NCBI GenBank assembly: GCA_934646835.1
Contig: CAKUES010000001.1
Coordinates: 42,090-106,089, forward strand
Length of the DNA stretch: 64,000 nucleotides
Origin: an uncultured Coriobacteriales bacterium
GTDB taxonomy: Bacteria; Actinomycetota; Coriobacteriia; Coriobacteriales; QAMH01
Direction of reading: 5' to 3'
Shown: positions 9,287 through 19,007 of the stretch, in pieces
Numbering within the stretch: the stretch's first letter is position 1
How the letters are laid out: each line of letters opens with the position of its first letter
Translations under genes and position numbers: made by a program
Notes under the pieces: generated by a model
Databases searched by the model: none
What the model was told of the DNA's origin: nothing
Seen by the model: the letters and a program-made list of their open reading frames with translations, nothing else

Positions 9287-10577
9287 GAGTGCCGCCTCCC
9301 ACCATGTCGGCGACGTCACTCACCAGCAGGCAAACTGCACCGGCGGCATCGAGGTCGGCCATGAGGTTGCGGTTCTCCTTGATAAAGCGCATACGCTCAC
9401 TGTGCGGGGACACGAGGATGACGGTTACAGCGATATTGCGCGCGCACAGGCTGAGAATCGCCGCAACGAGCTTGGGAGTCAATGTACTCGTGCACAAAAC
9501 GGCGTTGTCGACGCCGGAGGAGATGCCACACTCGCTAAGCAACAGCCCCACCGCGTCTTGCTCCGACACGGCATCGGACAGCAGCGGCAGCTCGCCTACC
9601 AGCTCCCCGATAGAAGCGCTATCGGGGAGCTCCTCGTACTTGATCATGCGGCCCGTCTTCCCGGTAAAACACAACTCGGTCTCGAGCTTGCGGCTCTGCG
9701 AGAGCTTGAAGGAGGTGATTGCGGACTCGACCAGGACATCGCGCGCTTCCATGAGCAGTTCGTGGCTGAGCGCCAGTGCATGGAAGTCGATGATGACGGC
9801 GGTCTTGGTGTTCACATTGGTCTCGAACAGGCGCGTCTGCAGGTTCTCCGTGCGCGCGGAAAGCTTCCAATGAACGGACTTCATCGGGTCGCCGAACTCG
9901 TAATCGCGCACCCCGGCATAGTCGACGTCGTCGGAGATGACAGAGCGCACGGGCATGAGGCTCTTGCGCATGGCAAGCTGCGAGAACTCGAGGGCAGATG
10001 CCTCACAGGGAAGCGGCGTGGCCACGATCGACGCATGGTCCACGCAGGCGACCTCTACGTGCAGCAGGCCAAACGGGTCGAAGAGCAAGATACCCTTCAA
10101 GCCGATCTGATAGCTTCCGATATGCGCGCAAGCCACCGAGGCACTGATGCGGGCATCCTCGTTGTTGTCGATCGCGATAACGGCCTCCTCGCTTTGCTCG
10201 ACATCCCCATAGGGATTAGCGACGAATACCTGCGGCAGCGCCTTGAAGACGGGCAGGGGCGAGCGGTTACAGACCGCCAGCGGCAGCTTGACGGACTCGG
10301 TGCGCGTGCAGGACTCTTCCTCGAAGTCAGAGCGTACCAACAGTCCCTTCTTGACTGTGCACAGATACATCCAGCTTGTCGCAAGCAGCAACAAGTAGGT
10401 GAGCAGCGGGATATAGGCGATGGGATGGGTCACGAAGACTGCGGGAAGCGCGAGCACGACGAACACGACAACGCAGACAATGATCTGCCTGAACGCAAGC
10501 GCGCGAACGCGCTGCTCATAGGCGCCGGCAGCCTTCTTGGGATTGAGCTTATCCAAGATACGCAGCACGCCTACCAC
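9279..10577 (-). CDS. DUF58 domain protein (MoxR partner)
   Basis: Hallmark motif DYAGVRDYEFGDPMKSVHWKLSARTENLQTRLFE and two N-terminal TM helices. The start is GTG 10577 (overlapping the upstream TAG as GTGGTAG) or GTG 10568. The track's longer N-terminus overlaps the permease gene. Confidence 0.8.
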   Translation of the reverse strand: MVGVLRILDKLNPKKAAGAYEQRVRALAFRQIIVCVVVFVVLALPAVFVTHPIAYIPLLTYLLLLATSWMYLCTVKKGLLVRSDFEEESCTRTESVKLPLAVCNRSPLPVFKALPQVFVANPYGDVEQSEEAVIAIDNNEDARISASVACAHIGSYQIGLKGILLFDPFGLLHVEVACVDHASIVATPLPCEASALEFSQLAMRKSLMPVRSVISDDVDYAGVRDYEFGDPMKSVHWKLSARTENLQTRLFETNVNTKTAVIIDFHALALSHELLMEARDVLVESAITSFKLSQSRKLETELCFTGKTGRMIKYEELPDSASIGELVGELPLLSDAVSEQDAVGLLLSECGISSGVDNAVLCTSTLTPKLVAAILSLCARNIAVTVILVSPHSERMRFIKENRNLMADLDAAGAVCLLVSDVADMVGGGTHE

Positions 10578-11821
10578 CCCTTTCGGGAGAACGTGGTCGC
10601 CCACACGAAGAGCGGCAAGGTGACAGCGCCCGCAACCACGCCGATAGGCAGGCCAATGCCAGGGAAGGGAATGAGCACTGTAAGGTCGCGGCAGATGAGG
10701 AGCACGATTGTGCCGAGCAAAACATTGCCCCACAACTGGCGCCTGAACTCGCTGCCAAAGAGGTAGCGTGCGAGGAAGGGCACGACGAGCGCGAACGAGG
10801 AAGCGGACCCGACGAAGACCTGGGCCGTCAGGATCATGATGGAGCCGGCGATGATGGAGAGGACCCTGAGAGCCGCCGGGTGCCCACCCATGACGCGGAT
10901 CTCACCATCGCTGAAGGAGAGCAGGTTGAGGCGATAGCGCATGATCGCAACGGGCACGAAGGCCACCAAGACGGAGCCGATGAGCACAACGTAGGTGATC
11001 GGCTGGTAGTAGATGTCGAGTGCCTCCTGGTACTCGAAGAACTCGATCCAGATGTTGAGCGCGGACAGCTGGTCCATCATGTACTTGACCACCGCACCGA
11101 GGAAGGCGGACATGATCGTGCCGACGACGAGCATGTCGAAGACGCTGATGCTCGTCTTGCGCTTGGTGATGAGCTTGCTCAGCACGAAGACCGCAGCAAG
11201 CGTGACTATGCCGGCGGTGTATCCGTAGACAAAGCGCTGGCTGTGCATGTCGAACGAGATGGCCCCGTAAGTCGCAAAGACGAAGAGCAGGCCAACCTGC
11301 ACGCCATGAGTGACGCCAAGCAGCGACGGCGAGGCGATGGGGTTGCGGAAGACGACCTGGTACAACATGCCAGCGCAGGCAAGCAAAGCACCGCTCGCAA
11401 CTGTAGCGAGCGTTATGCCGGCGCGCTGGACGACCTGCGCATACAGCGGCGCCACATCGACCAGGCTGGTCTTCTCGTCAAAGAGACCCAGCCCAAAGAT
11501 ATTGGAGAGCTGCCAAAGCGACCAATTCCACAAGTTGGATGCGACGTCAATGGGATTATAGAAGCTCACATAACCAGAACCCGAGCCCGTGAGGCTGAAG
11601 CACATCGAGACAAGGGTCAGCGCGACGGCGATGCAGGCCATCACTGCGATCTTGAGTCGATAGACCTTGCGGTCGGCCTTGAGGTTGGCATCAGACTGCC
11701 CGCGGGTAATGTCGCCTGCACCCTCTGCAACACGCAGGGCGAAGGCATCGTCGCGGAGAAACTCCGGGAGCTGGTAGCCCTCCTTGAAACGCGGGGCACC
11801 TGCGACCTTATTTCCAAGCAT
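10571..11821 (-). CDS. FecCD-family ABC permease
   Basis: Polytopic protein with the FecCD-type block LNLLSFSDGEIRVMGGHPAALRV. The ATG at 11821 (MLGNKV...) overlaps the upstream gene end by 14 nt. Confidence 0.85.
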   Translation of the reverse strand: MLGNKVAGAPRFKEGYQLPEFLRDDAFALRVAEGAGDITRGQSDANLKADRKVYRLKIAVMACIAVALTLVSMCFSLTGSGSGYVSFYNPIDVASNLWNWSLWQLSNIFGLGLFDEKTSLVDVAPLYAQVVQRAGITLATVASGALLACAGMLYQVVFRNPIASPSLLGVTHGVQVGLLFVFATYGAISFDMHSQRFVYGYTAGIVTLAAVFVLSKLITKRKTSISVFDMLVVGTIMSAFLGAVVKYMMDQLSALNIWIEFFEYQEALDIYYQPITYVVLIGSVLVAFVPVAIMRYRLNLLSFSDGEIRVMGGHPAALRVLSIIAGSIMILTAQVFVGSASSFALVVPFLARYLFGSEFRRQLWGNVLLGTIVLLICRDLTVLIPFPGIGLPIGVVAGAVTLPLFVWATTFSRKGW

Positions 11822-13025
11822 GGGCACCTCCCCTTCCCCTGAAAGCGACGATGAAGAACACAATGCAGCCGATGAACGTGGCGATGAGGTTGAAACCCTG
11901 GTCCATGTCGATGTTGAGCTGGCTGCCGATAAACAAAACGACCATCACGAAGATTGAGCCGATGACAAGCGACATGGGCATGAGGTAGCGGAAGTTGGGA
12001 CCGACCAGCCGGCGCGCGACATGGGGGCTCACAAAACCGACGAAGGCGATGGGGCCACAGAAGCCGACCACGATGCCCGTCGCCGCCGTGCACAAGACGA
12101 TGGTGCCCGTGCGGAACCTGCCCACATCCATGCCCGAAGAGCGCGCGATGTCGTCGCTCAAGGAGAGCAGGTTGAGCCGCGTGCGCAGCACCATAAGACA
12201 TGCGAGCAAGATGACGAGCGGGATGAGGAAGACCAACAGGTCCCTGAAGGTGATGAACGCGGTGAAGGGGACGGCTTGGGCGTTTTCTACGAGGTCCGCT
12301 CGAACAGCATCGCCGGTCACCTCGAGGAAATAGCGGAAGGTGTTCGCCACCGTGGCCAAGACGAGCGTGAAGACCTGGCCCACGACGATGAGAACGACGT
12401 TTCCAAGGGCCCCGTTGCCCACAGCGCGCGAGACGAAGAGCGCCGTCGCGGCGACGATCAGGCCTCCTGCGATGGCGCAGATGGCGGCGCCGTAGACCGC
12501 CCAAGCAAACTCAAGTGGATTCATCCCCTGCAGGGAGTCCATAACCTGCGAGGCAGAGACCACGGAGGAACCCCAGATGTCCGGCATGAGGCACAGGTAG
12601 TACAGCGTCGAGCCAAAGAGACAGCCGCTGATGATGCCCAGCGTGGAAGGCGATGCAAGCGGGTTCTTGAAGGTACCCTGGTAGACGGCGCCGCACACGC
12701 CGAGCGCACCGCCGGCGACAAACGCGGCGATGTAGCGCATGACCGTGGCCTTCTGCATGCCGCCGGCTCCCGAGCCGCTCAAGACAGCAGCGGTGTCGGC
12801 GACGTTGGACCCCAATTGGTCGAGAAACTCCGCCATCGTGGACTTGTGGCCGATCTCCGTAAGAAGACCGGACGGCAAGACAATCGCGCCGGCCAAGATG
12901 GCAAGCGCGATCACGAGCAAGATCACGATGCGACGGGCCTTCGCAGAATCCTTGCCCAAGGCGGCGAGCTGCGGCTTGGGCGCCTCAACCTCTGTCTCTA
13001 TGTGCAGGCTGCTCTTGTGTTCCAT
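11808..13025 (-). CDS. FecCD-family ABC permease
   Basis: Polytopic protein with the block LNLLSLSDDIARSSGMDVGRFR. Its ATG overlaps the TAA of the binding-protein gene (TAATG). Confidence 0.85.
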   Translation of the reverse strand: MEHKSSLHIETEVEAPKPQLAALGKDSAKARRIVILLVIALAILAGAIVLPSGLLTEIGHKSTMAEFLDQLGSNVADTAAVLSGSGAGGMQKATVMRYIAAFVAGGALGVCGAVYQGTFKNPLASPSTLGIISGCLFGSTLYYLCLMPDIWGSSVVSASQVMDSLQGMNPLEFAWAVYGAAICAIAGGLIVAATALFVSRAVGNGALGNVVLIVVGQVFTLVLATVANTFRYFLEVTGDAVRADLVENAQAVPFTAFITFRDLLVFLIPLVILLACLMVLRTRLNLLSLSDDIARSSGMDVGRFRTGTIVLCTAATGIVVGFCGPIAFVGFVSPHVARRLVGPNFRYLMPMSLVIGSIFVMVVLFIGSQLNIDMDQGFNLIATFIGCIVFFIVAFRGRGGAHAWK

Positions 13026-14953
13026 TACTCCTTGGAGCCTTCCAGAATCTTATCGACCTCGCTTGCGCTCAGGTCATAGCGGTAAAACGTCTTGTAGAAG
13101 TCCTTGACCTCCGTTTTGACAGAGCCCTTCCAAGAGCTTTTGTACTCGTCGATGCTCGCAATCCAAGCCGACTCCAAGCAAGACTCAGCCGAGCCCTGCG
13201 TCCAATCGCTAAACAGACCACTCGGATTGACGACGACATTCTTGCCAAGGTCCGTCCCAGGGTGGATGGCTGCGTACACATGGGTTCCGTTGAACTCGAA
13301 GCCCGCGCGCTCGCTGCCCGACTCGATGGGGTCGTAAACGCAGTACGGACCCTTCTTCGCGCTGCCGGAGACAAAGGCTGCCTTCATCTTCTTGCTGCCC
13401 ACGATGACCTTGGGGAACTTCTTCGAGCCAAAGCCGTTCTTGCCGAGCTGGTCTGCCTTGGTGCTCGACGTGGTAAGGGGCGTCATGTCAAAGCGCTTGT
13501 TGCCGATCGACAGCACACGCTTCTTGATAGAGCTCGTCGACCAGCTGATCTTGGACATGTCGTAGACGCTCGTGCTGAACTGCCAGACAGGGATGAACAG
13601 GCCGTCGTTGCCCTTGCTCTCATCCATGGCGGCGCCATTGTTGATGACGCCGGCTACGCCCATGTAGAAAGAGACCGGGCTCGACCTGTAGCCGACGGTC
13701 GAGAGCCCCAGTCCGGACTGAGACGTCGTAACGGAGCCGCTCATGGCGCCGTCTCCGCTGTAGCTGGCCTTGTAGTCCCAATCGTCGACAAGCAGCGTCC
13801 ACTTGTCCGAATTGTACATGCCGTAACGGTTCTTGCCGCTTGCGTCCGCATCGTAGTAGACCTTGTCGTGCGAGCCGTACCCGTTCGACCCCATGATGTC
13901 CTTGAGAAGGGCGTCGTGATACTTCACGTACTCTTCGGCGCGCTTCTTGGACTCGCCACCCGTGGCAGAGTCGAGCATGGTGCCGATAGTGTTCACCGCG
14001 GCTTTGATGCGCGTGTCAGAGCTCAGATCCGGAACAACCGTGACGGAGATCTTCGCGTCAGCGAGCTTTTGCTGCTGCTTTTTGGAGAAGTAGCCGCTGT
14101 CGTCGACAAGGACGGTATCGGGCTTGACGCTCACGATGGCGTCGACCTTGGCCTCGGCGGAGAAGTCCCCGTCATCGCTCCAGCCCGTCTTGATCTTGGA
14201 GGCTCCCTCGTCGGAGAAGACGTTCGAGAACTCGCTGCCAAGCAGCTCTGCGTCAGCGGCGACCAGAGGCGACTTGTCGCTTTGCCCGCCGAGCATCTGA
14301 ACGATGACAGCGGTCTGCCCGCAGGCGGCAACGCTACCTACCGAGGGGATGTCCGCATCCTCACCGGTGGTGTCATACACCTTGACCTTGCCCTTCTTGT
14401 CGGTGTCGGTCTTGCTGCTGTCGCCGTCGCCCTTGTTCTTGCTGGGCTTCTTGCTGTCGGTCTTGTTGTCCTTCTTCTTGTCGCCCTTGTCCTTGTTGTT
14501 CTTCTTCGAGTTGTCCTTCTTGGACTTGTCAGGGTCTTGCTTCTTGTCCTGGTCGTCCTTTTTGCCCTCTTGGGAGCTCGTGTCGCTCTTCGTGCTCACG
14601 CCCTCGCTCGCCTCCGAGGAAGCGGTCGCCTTCGAGTCGTAGATGAACTTGGACACCGGAAGGTCTGTCTGGGGGTTCTTAGAGCTGTAGACGACATTGA
14701 CCGAGCCCTCCTTGGTTTTGGAGGCGCCCTCGCCCACGACGAAGTCCTTCACATTGGCATCCGGGTCGATTTCTCCGTCAGGAGAGGAGACCTTGACTTT
14801 AGTGGGGTTATCCGTATCAACTTGCTCCGCGTCCTGCGTGTACTTGACCTCCTTGAGGGCATAGCTCGTCTTGCAGCCGGTCAAAGCCGCCGCAGAAGCG
14901 CACGCCACCAAGGAAACGCTGAGAACAAGGCCCATGCTGCGCTGAAGAGACAC
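13025..14953 (-). CDS. lipoprotein, class III (Fe-siderophore/B12-type) substrate-binding protein with long N-terminal extension
   Basis: Lipobox LTGC at residues 24-27, a K/D-rich linker, and the binding-domain-like block VAACGQTAVIVQMLGG...VKPDTVLVDDSGYF...ISVTVVPD. The GTG start overlaps the upstream TAG by 1 nt. Confidence 0.75.
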   Translation of the reverse strand: MSLQRSMGLVLSVSLVACASAAALTGCKTSYALKEVKYTQDAEQVDTDNPTKVKVSSPDGEIDPDANVKDFVVGEGASKTKEGSVNVVYSSKNPQTDLPVSKFIYDSKATASSEASEGVSTKSDTSSQEGKKDDQDKKQDPDKSKKDNSKKNNKDKGDKKKDNKTDSKKPSKNKGDGDSSKTDTDKKGKVKVYDTTGEDADIPSVGSVAACGQTAVIVQMLGGQSDKSPLVAADAELLGSEFSNVFSDEGASKIKTGWSDDGDFSAEAKVDAIVSVKPDTVLVDDSGYFSKKQQQKLADAKISVTVVPDLSSDTRIKAAVNTIGTMLDSATGGESKKRAEEYVKYHDALLKDIMGSNGYGSHDKVYYDADASGKNRYGMYNSDKWTLLVDDWDYKASYSGDGAMSGSVTTSQSGLGLSTVGYRSSPVSFYMGVAGVINNGAAMDESKGNDGLFIPVWQFSTSVYDMSKISWSTSSIKKRVLSIGNKRFDMTPLTTSSTKADQLGKNGFGSKKFPKVIVGSKKMKAAFVSGSAKKGPYCVYDPIESGSERAGFEFNGTHVYAAIHPGTDLGKNVVVNPSGLFSDWTQGSAESCLESAWIASIDEYKSSWKGSVKTEVKDFYKTFYRYDLSASEVDKILEGSKE

Positions 14954-16059
14954 TAGTTGCCCTCCGTCGCCTCGGCACTGCCCTTGCTTGCGCCTGAGTC
15001 AGCCTGGTTGTCGCCATACGACGAGGTGTCGACGTCGACGTCATAGCTCAGGCCGCTGGGCATGTCGTTGACGCTGAGGTTCGCGCTGATCTGGCTGGAG
15101 AGCCACGATGAGCACGAGATATCCCAGACGCGCGACTGCGTGCGCGTGGAGAGTATCTTCTTGAGGGTGGACGGGAGCTTGGAGACGTCGATGTCATCGG
15201 CCTTGGACGGGAAGGTGTAGCTGTCTGCAACGTAGATAACCTCATAGGCGTTGACATCGGAGTCAGAGGCCACGTCTGCGCTCACCTCGCCAGTTTTGAG
15301 TTTGGCGAGCTCGGTCTGCATGGTCGAGGTGGTCTCAGGGTCGACATCCCAGCCGTAATCCTCGTAGACGATCGTCTCTCCGTCAGCCTGCTTCTTTGCA
15401 GCGTCAAAACCAGCGGTAGCAGCGGAAGCTGTCTTTATCTTATTGAGTGCGGCCTGCAGTTTGGGGTAGTTGGCGCTGTAGAGCACCTCGAAGTGCTTCG
15501 TCGTGCTACCGAGCATGTTCTCGTGGATATAGCTCGCGATGTCTTGGTCAGTCGGGTCCGTCTTGTCAACGACGGCCTCATAGACTTGGTTGGCAAGGAC
15601 CTCCTTAGCCGTGCGGTCCCTGAGCTCGTCTTCTGTCATCTGATACTTCTCGAGCGTGGCCTCCCAGCTCTCGTCGTCAGTAGCCGCCATGGTCTCTTTG
15701 AGCGCGTCGATCTTCTTGTCGACCGCGTCTTGGTCGAGCTCGATTCCCCTCTCCTCGGCAACCTGCTCGATGACGATGTCACCTGCCAGCTCCACGATGG
15801 TCGTTTGGCGCAGGGCCTCAGGGGTGTTCTCGTTTTTCTCGAGATAACTCTTCCAAGCGTCTTGGTCGGTATAGGACATGACAGAGCGGAAGCTGTCGAT
15901 GTAGTCCGTGACCTGCTGCTCGGTAATCTCCTGCCCCATGATTGTCGCCGCGACACCATCCTTGGCGCTCTTGTCACAAGCGGTAATCACGGCGCAGGAA
16001 AGCACCAGGGCCGCGCTCAGCACACAGGCTTGTACCTTATGCAAAAAAGACTTCTTCAT
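14953..16059 (-). CDS. PrsA/SurA-like lipoprotein (degenerate parvulin-type PPIase domain)
   Basis: Signal MKKSFLHKVQACVLSAALVLSCAVITAC, a SurA-N-like helical part, and a C-terminal part HFEVLYS...DYGWDV...LKTGEVSADV..YEVIYV that resembles a parvulin fold. The start is taken at the MKK (16059). Confidence 0.55.
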   Translation of the reverse strand: MKKSFLHKVQACVLSAALVLSCAVITACDKSAKDGVAATIMGQEITEQQVTDYIDSFRSVMSYTDQDAWKSYLEKNENTPEALRQTTIVELAGDIVIEQVAEERGIELDQDAVDKKIDALKETMAATDDESWEATLEKYQMTEDELRDRTAKEVLANQVYEAVVDKTDPTDQDIASYIHENMLGSTTKHFEVLYSANYPKLQAALNKIKTASAATAGFDAAKKQADGETIVYEDYGWDVDPETTSTMQTELAKLKTGEVSADVASDSDVNAYEVIYVADSYTFPSKADDIDVSKLPSTLKKILSTRTQSRVWDISCSSWLSSQISANLSVNDMPSGLSYDVDVDTSSYGDNQADSGASKGSAEATEGN

Positions 16060-16163
16060 TGCTCGGTATTCCCCATCCTCTAACACCGAGATTGGGGTCG
16101 GAGCGCAGACTCCAACCCCAATCGTCTAAAACAAATGCCCCTGTTCTAAGGAACTAGGAGATT

Positions 16164-18176
16164 TTACTTCACCTTGACCTTGATGGTCTTGGAGGCAGTG
16201 GCTGCCTGGTAGGTCTTGCTCTTGACAGCAGAAGCGGTGACCTTGACCTTGTAGGTGCCGCTCTTGACGCCCTTGGCGACCTTGAGCTTGCCGGACTTGG
16301 AGACAGTGATCTTCTTGTTGCCGGAGACCTTCTTGAAGCTGAGCTTGGTGCTGGCCTTGGCCTTGATAGCGGCGGTCTTACCAGCCTTGACGCTCAGGGT
16401 CTTAGTGGAGATGGTGACCTTCTGGCTGATGGTGCCGATCCTGCTGGAGGGCTCGAGGTAGCCGAGGCCCTTTGCCTTGAGCTTGGAGGCGTTGGCGTTC
16501 CAGTAGGCGATACCGGCGTCGTACTGCTGCTCGATCTTCTTGGAGGTAGCGGCGTTGTAGCCCTTGATGTCGCTCATCTTGACACCAGAGGTGAGGGACA
16601 GGTCCTGGGCGAGGATCTGGACCATCTTGGAGACCTGGCTGGTCTTGATGTGAGCGATGTTGTCGAGGAACCAACCGTACTGCTCGAGCTGGTTCATGAC
16701 CTCGGGGTAGACGAAGCCGTTGATGATGCCGTGCAGGGCCATGGAGTCAACAGAGCCGCCGTCGCAGTTGGAGGCGTTCTCCTGCATGCAGGAGAGGATC
16801 TCCTTCTTGGCAAGCTTGGTGTGGCCGGCTGCCTTCAGGGCGTCCTTGATGGTCTCGACCTTGGTCTTGGTGACCTGCTGGGGGCCGTAGAACTGGTTCT
16901 TGAAGTGACCCAGGGAGATGTCGCCGTAGTGACGGGAGCTATTCTCGCCGTTGTCGCCAGCCTTGCCGAGGTTGTTGTCGCCCTTCTGGACGCCGGTATA
17001 GATGTCGTCCTTTTCGCTGAAGTTGTACTTCATGTTGTCGGCGTCGACCATGATGATGAAGTCGGCCTTGGCCAGCTCGTCGACGCTGCACTCGTAGGTG
17101 ACGCCGGGCTTGGACTCTGCGGGAAGCTCGACGCCGGCCTTGGCGGCCAGGACGTTGGCGAGATTGTAGCAGGTGGCGTTAAGCGGCTCAAGGATATGGC
17201 CGGAAGACTCGCCAGATTTGGTGGGGTCGAGGTTGGCCTGCAGGGTGAACCTTGCATCCTTGCCCTCGCCGGTGATGCTCTTCACGTAGGCGACGGTCTT
17301 CTTCTTGACAGTGCCGTCGGCGATCTTGGAGAGGACGTAGAGGTCGGAGCCACGCGTCATCTTCTCGTACTTCTGGGCGGTGGTCATCGCGGCGTCGTAG
17401 CCGTAGCGCAGTGCGACCTTGGCCTGTTGGGAGGTGCCGTCCCAAGAGTAATCGTAGGCCTTCTGAGCAGCCTCTGCTGCGTTGTAAACGGCATCGATGA
17501 AGCCAGCGGTCTTGACTTCCTCGTACTCGCTGATGACGGGCTTGTAGTTCTCGTCGCCGACGTAGGTGTCGGTAGCGGACTTGTAGTACTTGGAGTTGGC
17601 AGCCTTGAAGCCGTTGATGGTCTTGATCTCCTCCGCGAAGGCGTTGGTGTTGCCCTTCTTGGTGACGATGACATCGGGGCGACCGGACAGCGCGATGGAG
17701 GTGCCGTTCTTGAGGCTCTTAGTATCAGCAGTGATGCAGGAGCCGGAATAGCCGTCGAAGATGTAGTTGTACATGTAGTTCTGGACGGCATCTGCAGCGG
17801 CGGTCATGCCCTTGGCCTTGAGGTCCCACTTGTAGAAGAGGTTGGCGACATAAGGATCAGGGTTCTCGTTGGCATCACTGCCGTAGATACCGAACATCGG
17901 GTTGGTGGAGTAGTTCTCAGTGGAGACACCATTGCCAGAGGTAGCGTAGGTCTGGTTGATCTGCTCGCTCAGGCCAACGTACTCGCCGACAACCGCAGAG
18001 CCATGTGCGCCGATAGCGGTCAGGTAGCGCTCGACGCTGCCGTTTTGGGTGCTGCTCTCGGACGTAGGGGCGTTGTAGGTCAAATCAGCCGCAAACGCGG
18101 GAGCAACGCCGGCGAGAACCATTGCCATAGCTGCACCGGTAGCGGTAAAGCCCTTGAGGTACTTTCCAACTCGCAT
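16164..18176 (-). CDS. secreted substrate-binding-like protein with C-terminal Lys-rich Ig-like domain
   Basis: Signal peptide ...VAPAFA/AD and PBP-like segments (GRPDVIVTKKG, ADFIIMVDADN). The last ~90 aa form alternating beta-strand-like K-rich repeats (KVTISTKTLSVKAGKTAAIKAKA...TYKVKVTA). The ATG at 18176 is preferred because AAGGA lies 8 nt upstream. Confidence 0.6.
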   Translation of the reverse strand: MRVGKYLKGFTATGAAMAMVLAGVAPAFAADLTYNAPTSESSTQNGSVERYLTAIGAHGSAVVGEYVGLSEQINQTYATSGNGVSTENYSTNPMFGIYGSDANENPDPYVANLFYKWDLKAKGMTAAADAVQNYMYNYIFDGYSGSCITADTKSLKNGTSIALSGRPDVIVTKKGNTNAFAEEIKTINGFKAANSKYYKSATDTYVGDENYKPVISEYEEVKTAGFIDAVYNAAEAAQKAYDYSWDGTSQQAKVALRYGYDAAMTTAQKYEKMTRGSDLYVLSKIADGTVKKKTVAYVKSITGEGKDARFTLQANLDPTKSGESSGHILEPLNATCYNLANVLAAKAGVELPAESKPGVTYECSVDELAKADFIIMVDADNMKYNFSEKDDIYTGVQKGDNNLGKAGDNGENSSRHYGDISLGHFKNQFYGPQQVTKTKVETIKDALKAAGHTKLAKKEILSCMQENASNCDGGSVDSMALHGIINGFVYPEVMNQLEQYGWFLDNIAHIKTSQVSKMVQILAQDLSLTSGVKMSDIKGYNAATSKKIEQQYDAGIAYWNANASKLKAKGLGYLEPSSRIGTISQKVTISTKTLSVKAGKTAAIKAKASTKLSFKKVSGNKKITVSKSGKLKVAKGVKSGTYKVKVTASAVKSKTYQAATASKTIKVKVK

Positions 18177-18647
18177 GTAATCCATCCTTTCTTGAGGCGC
18201 GCTCTCTTGATTCGCGCCTCCCCTCGCCCCTCCTTAGGAGCGTTTTGCAAATCGCCAGGGCTTGCCTGGCGCGCCGGCCTCCGGTCAAAGCTCTGCTTGA
18301 TGCTCGGCTTTCTCGGATAACAGACGGGTGCCAATAGACACCAACCTGAAAATAAGCTGCAGCGCATCTAGTGTCAATTGCCAATAGTCGCACCTGTCGT
18401 ATATCATTGAGCAATCAAAACCGCACTACATCCGCAGCTACCTGCATTTGGACACGCGCAAGTAGCTGATATATATCTTATAAGTGCTTTAGAGACTTAT
18501 TCTCATTTCGATAATCGTCCACTCGTTATGCAGGGCGAACGGTTAAGGTGGTAGCAAGCAGAGATCGAGGGGCGTCCACCCCATCGAAGATGCCCGCAAT
18601 CCACTTGCACGAGTCAAGGCTGACAAGAAAGAAAGGGGGAGTTTTCC

Positions 18648-18989
18648 ATGAGCGAGAAATGCTGCATTGGCGACGGCAGCCCCACGGAGGAACTCACCTC
18701 GTTTGACGTCAACCCTGCATCCGCAGACCAAATGGCCGCCCTCTTCAAGGCGCTTGGCGACAAGCGCCGCCTCGAGATCATGGAGATCGTCGCCGATGAA
18801 GGCGACGCCTGCGCCTGCGCGCTGCTCGACGAGCTCGAGATCAGCCCCTCCACCCTGTCGCACCACACCCGCATCCTCACCCAAGCCGGCCTGCTCAACT
18901 GCTACCGTAAGGGCAAGTGGGCCCACTACCTCGTCAACGAGTCCGGCGTCGAGGCCGCCTGCGCGCTCTTGGGACGCCTGGCCAAATAG
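18648..18989 (+). CDS. arsR: ArsR/SmtB-family metalloregulator
   Basis: HTH region LGDKRRLEIMEIV...DACACALLDELEISPSTLSHHTRILTQAGLL with a C-x-C in the position of the ELCVCDL site, plus an N-terminal CC. AAGGGGGAG lies before the ATG. Confidence 0.85.
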   Translation: MSEKCCIGDGSPTEELTSFDVNPASADQMAALFKALGDKRRLEIMEIVADEGDACACALLDELEISPSTLSHHTRILTQAGLLNCYRKGKWAHYLVNESGVEAACALLGRLAK

Positions 18990-19007
18990 AGCGTCAAGTA
19001 TCGAACC

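Noticed and set aside
18186-18540. Cobalamin (or other) riboswitch upstream of the Fe/B12-type ABC operon
   Set aside because: I read the minus-strand leader and found no B12-box-like (GCCACTG / AGYCMGG.GACC) element. There is only an 8-bp hairpin (gaggcgcg...cgcgcctc) before the RBS. I cannot exclude an unknown RNA without a covariance-model scan.
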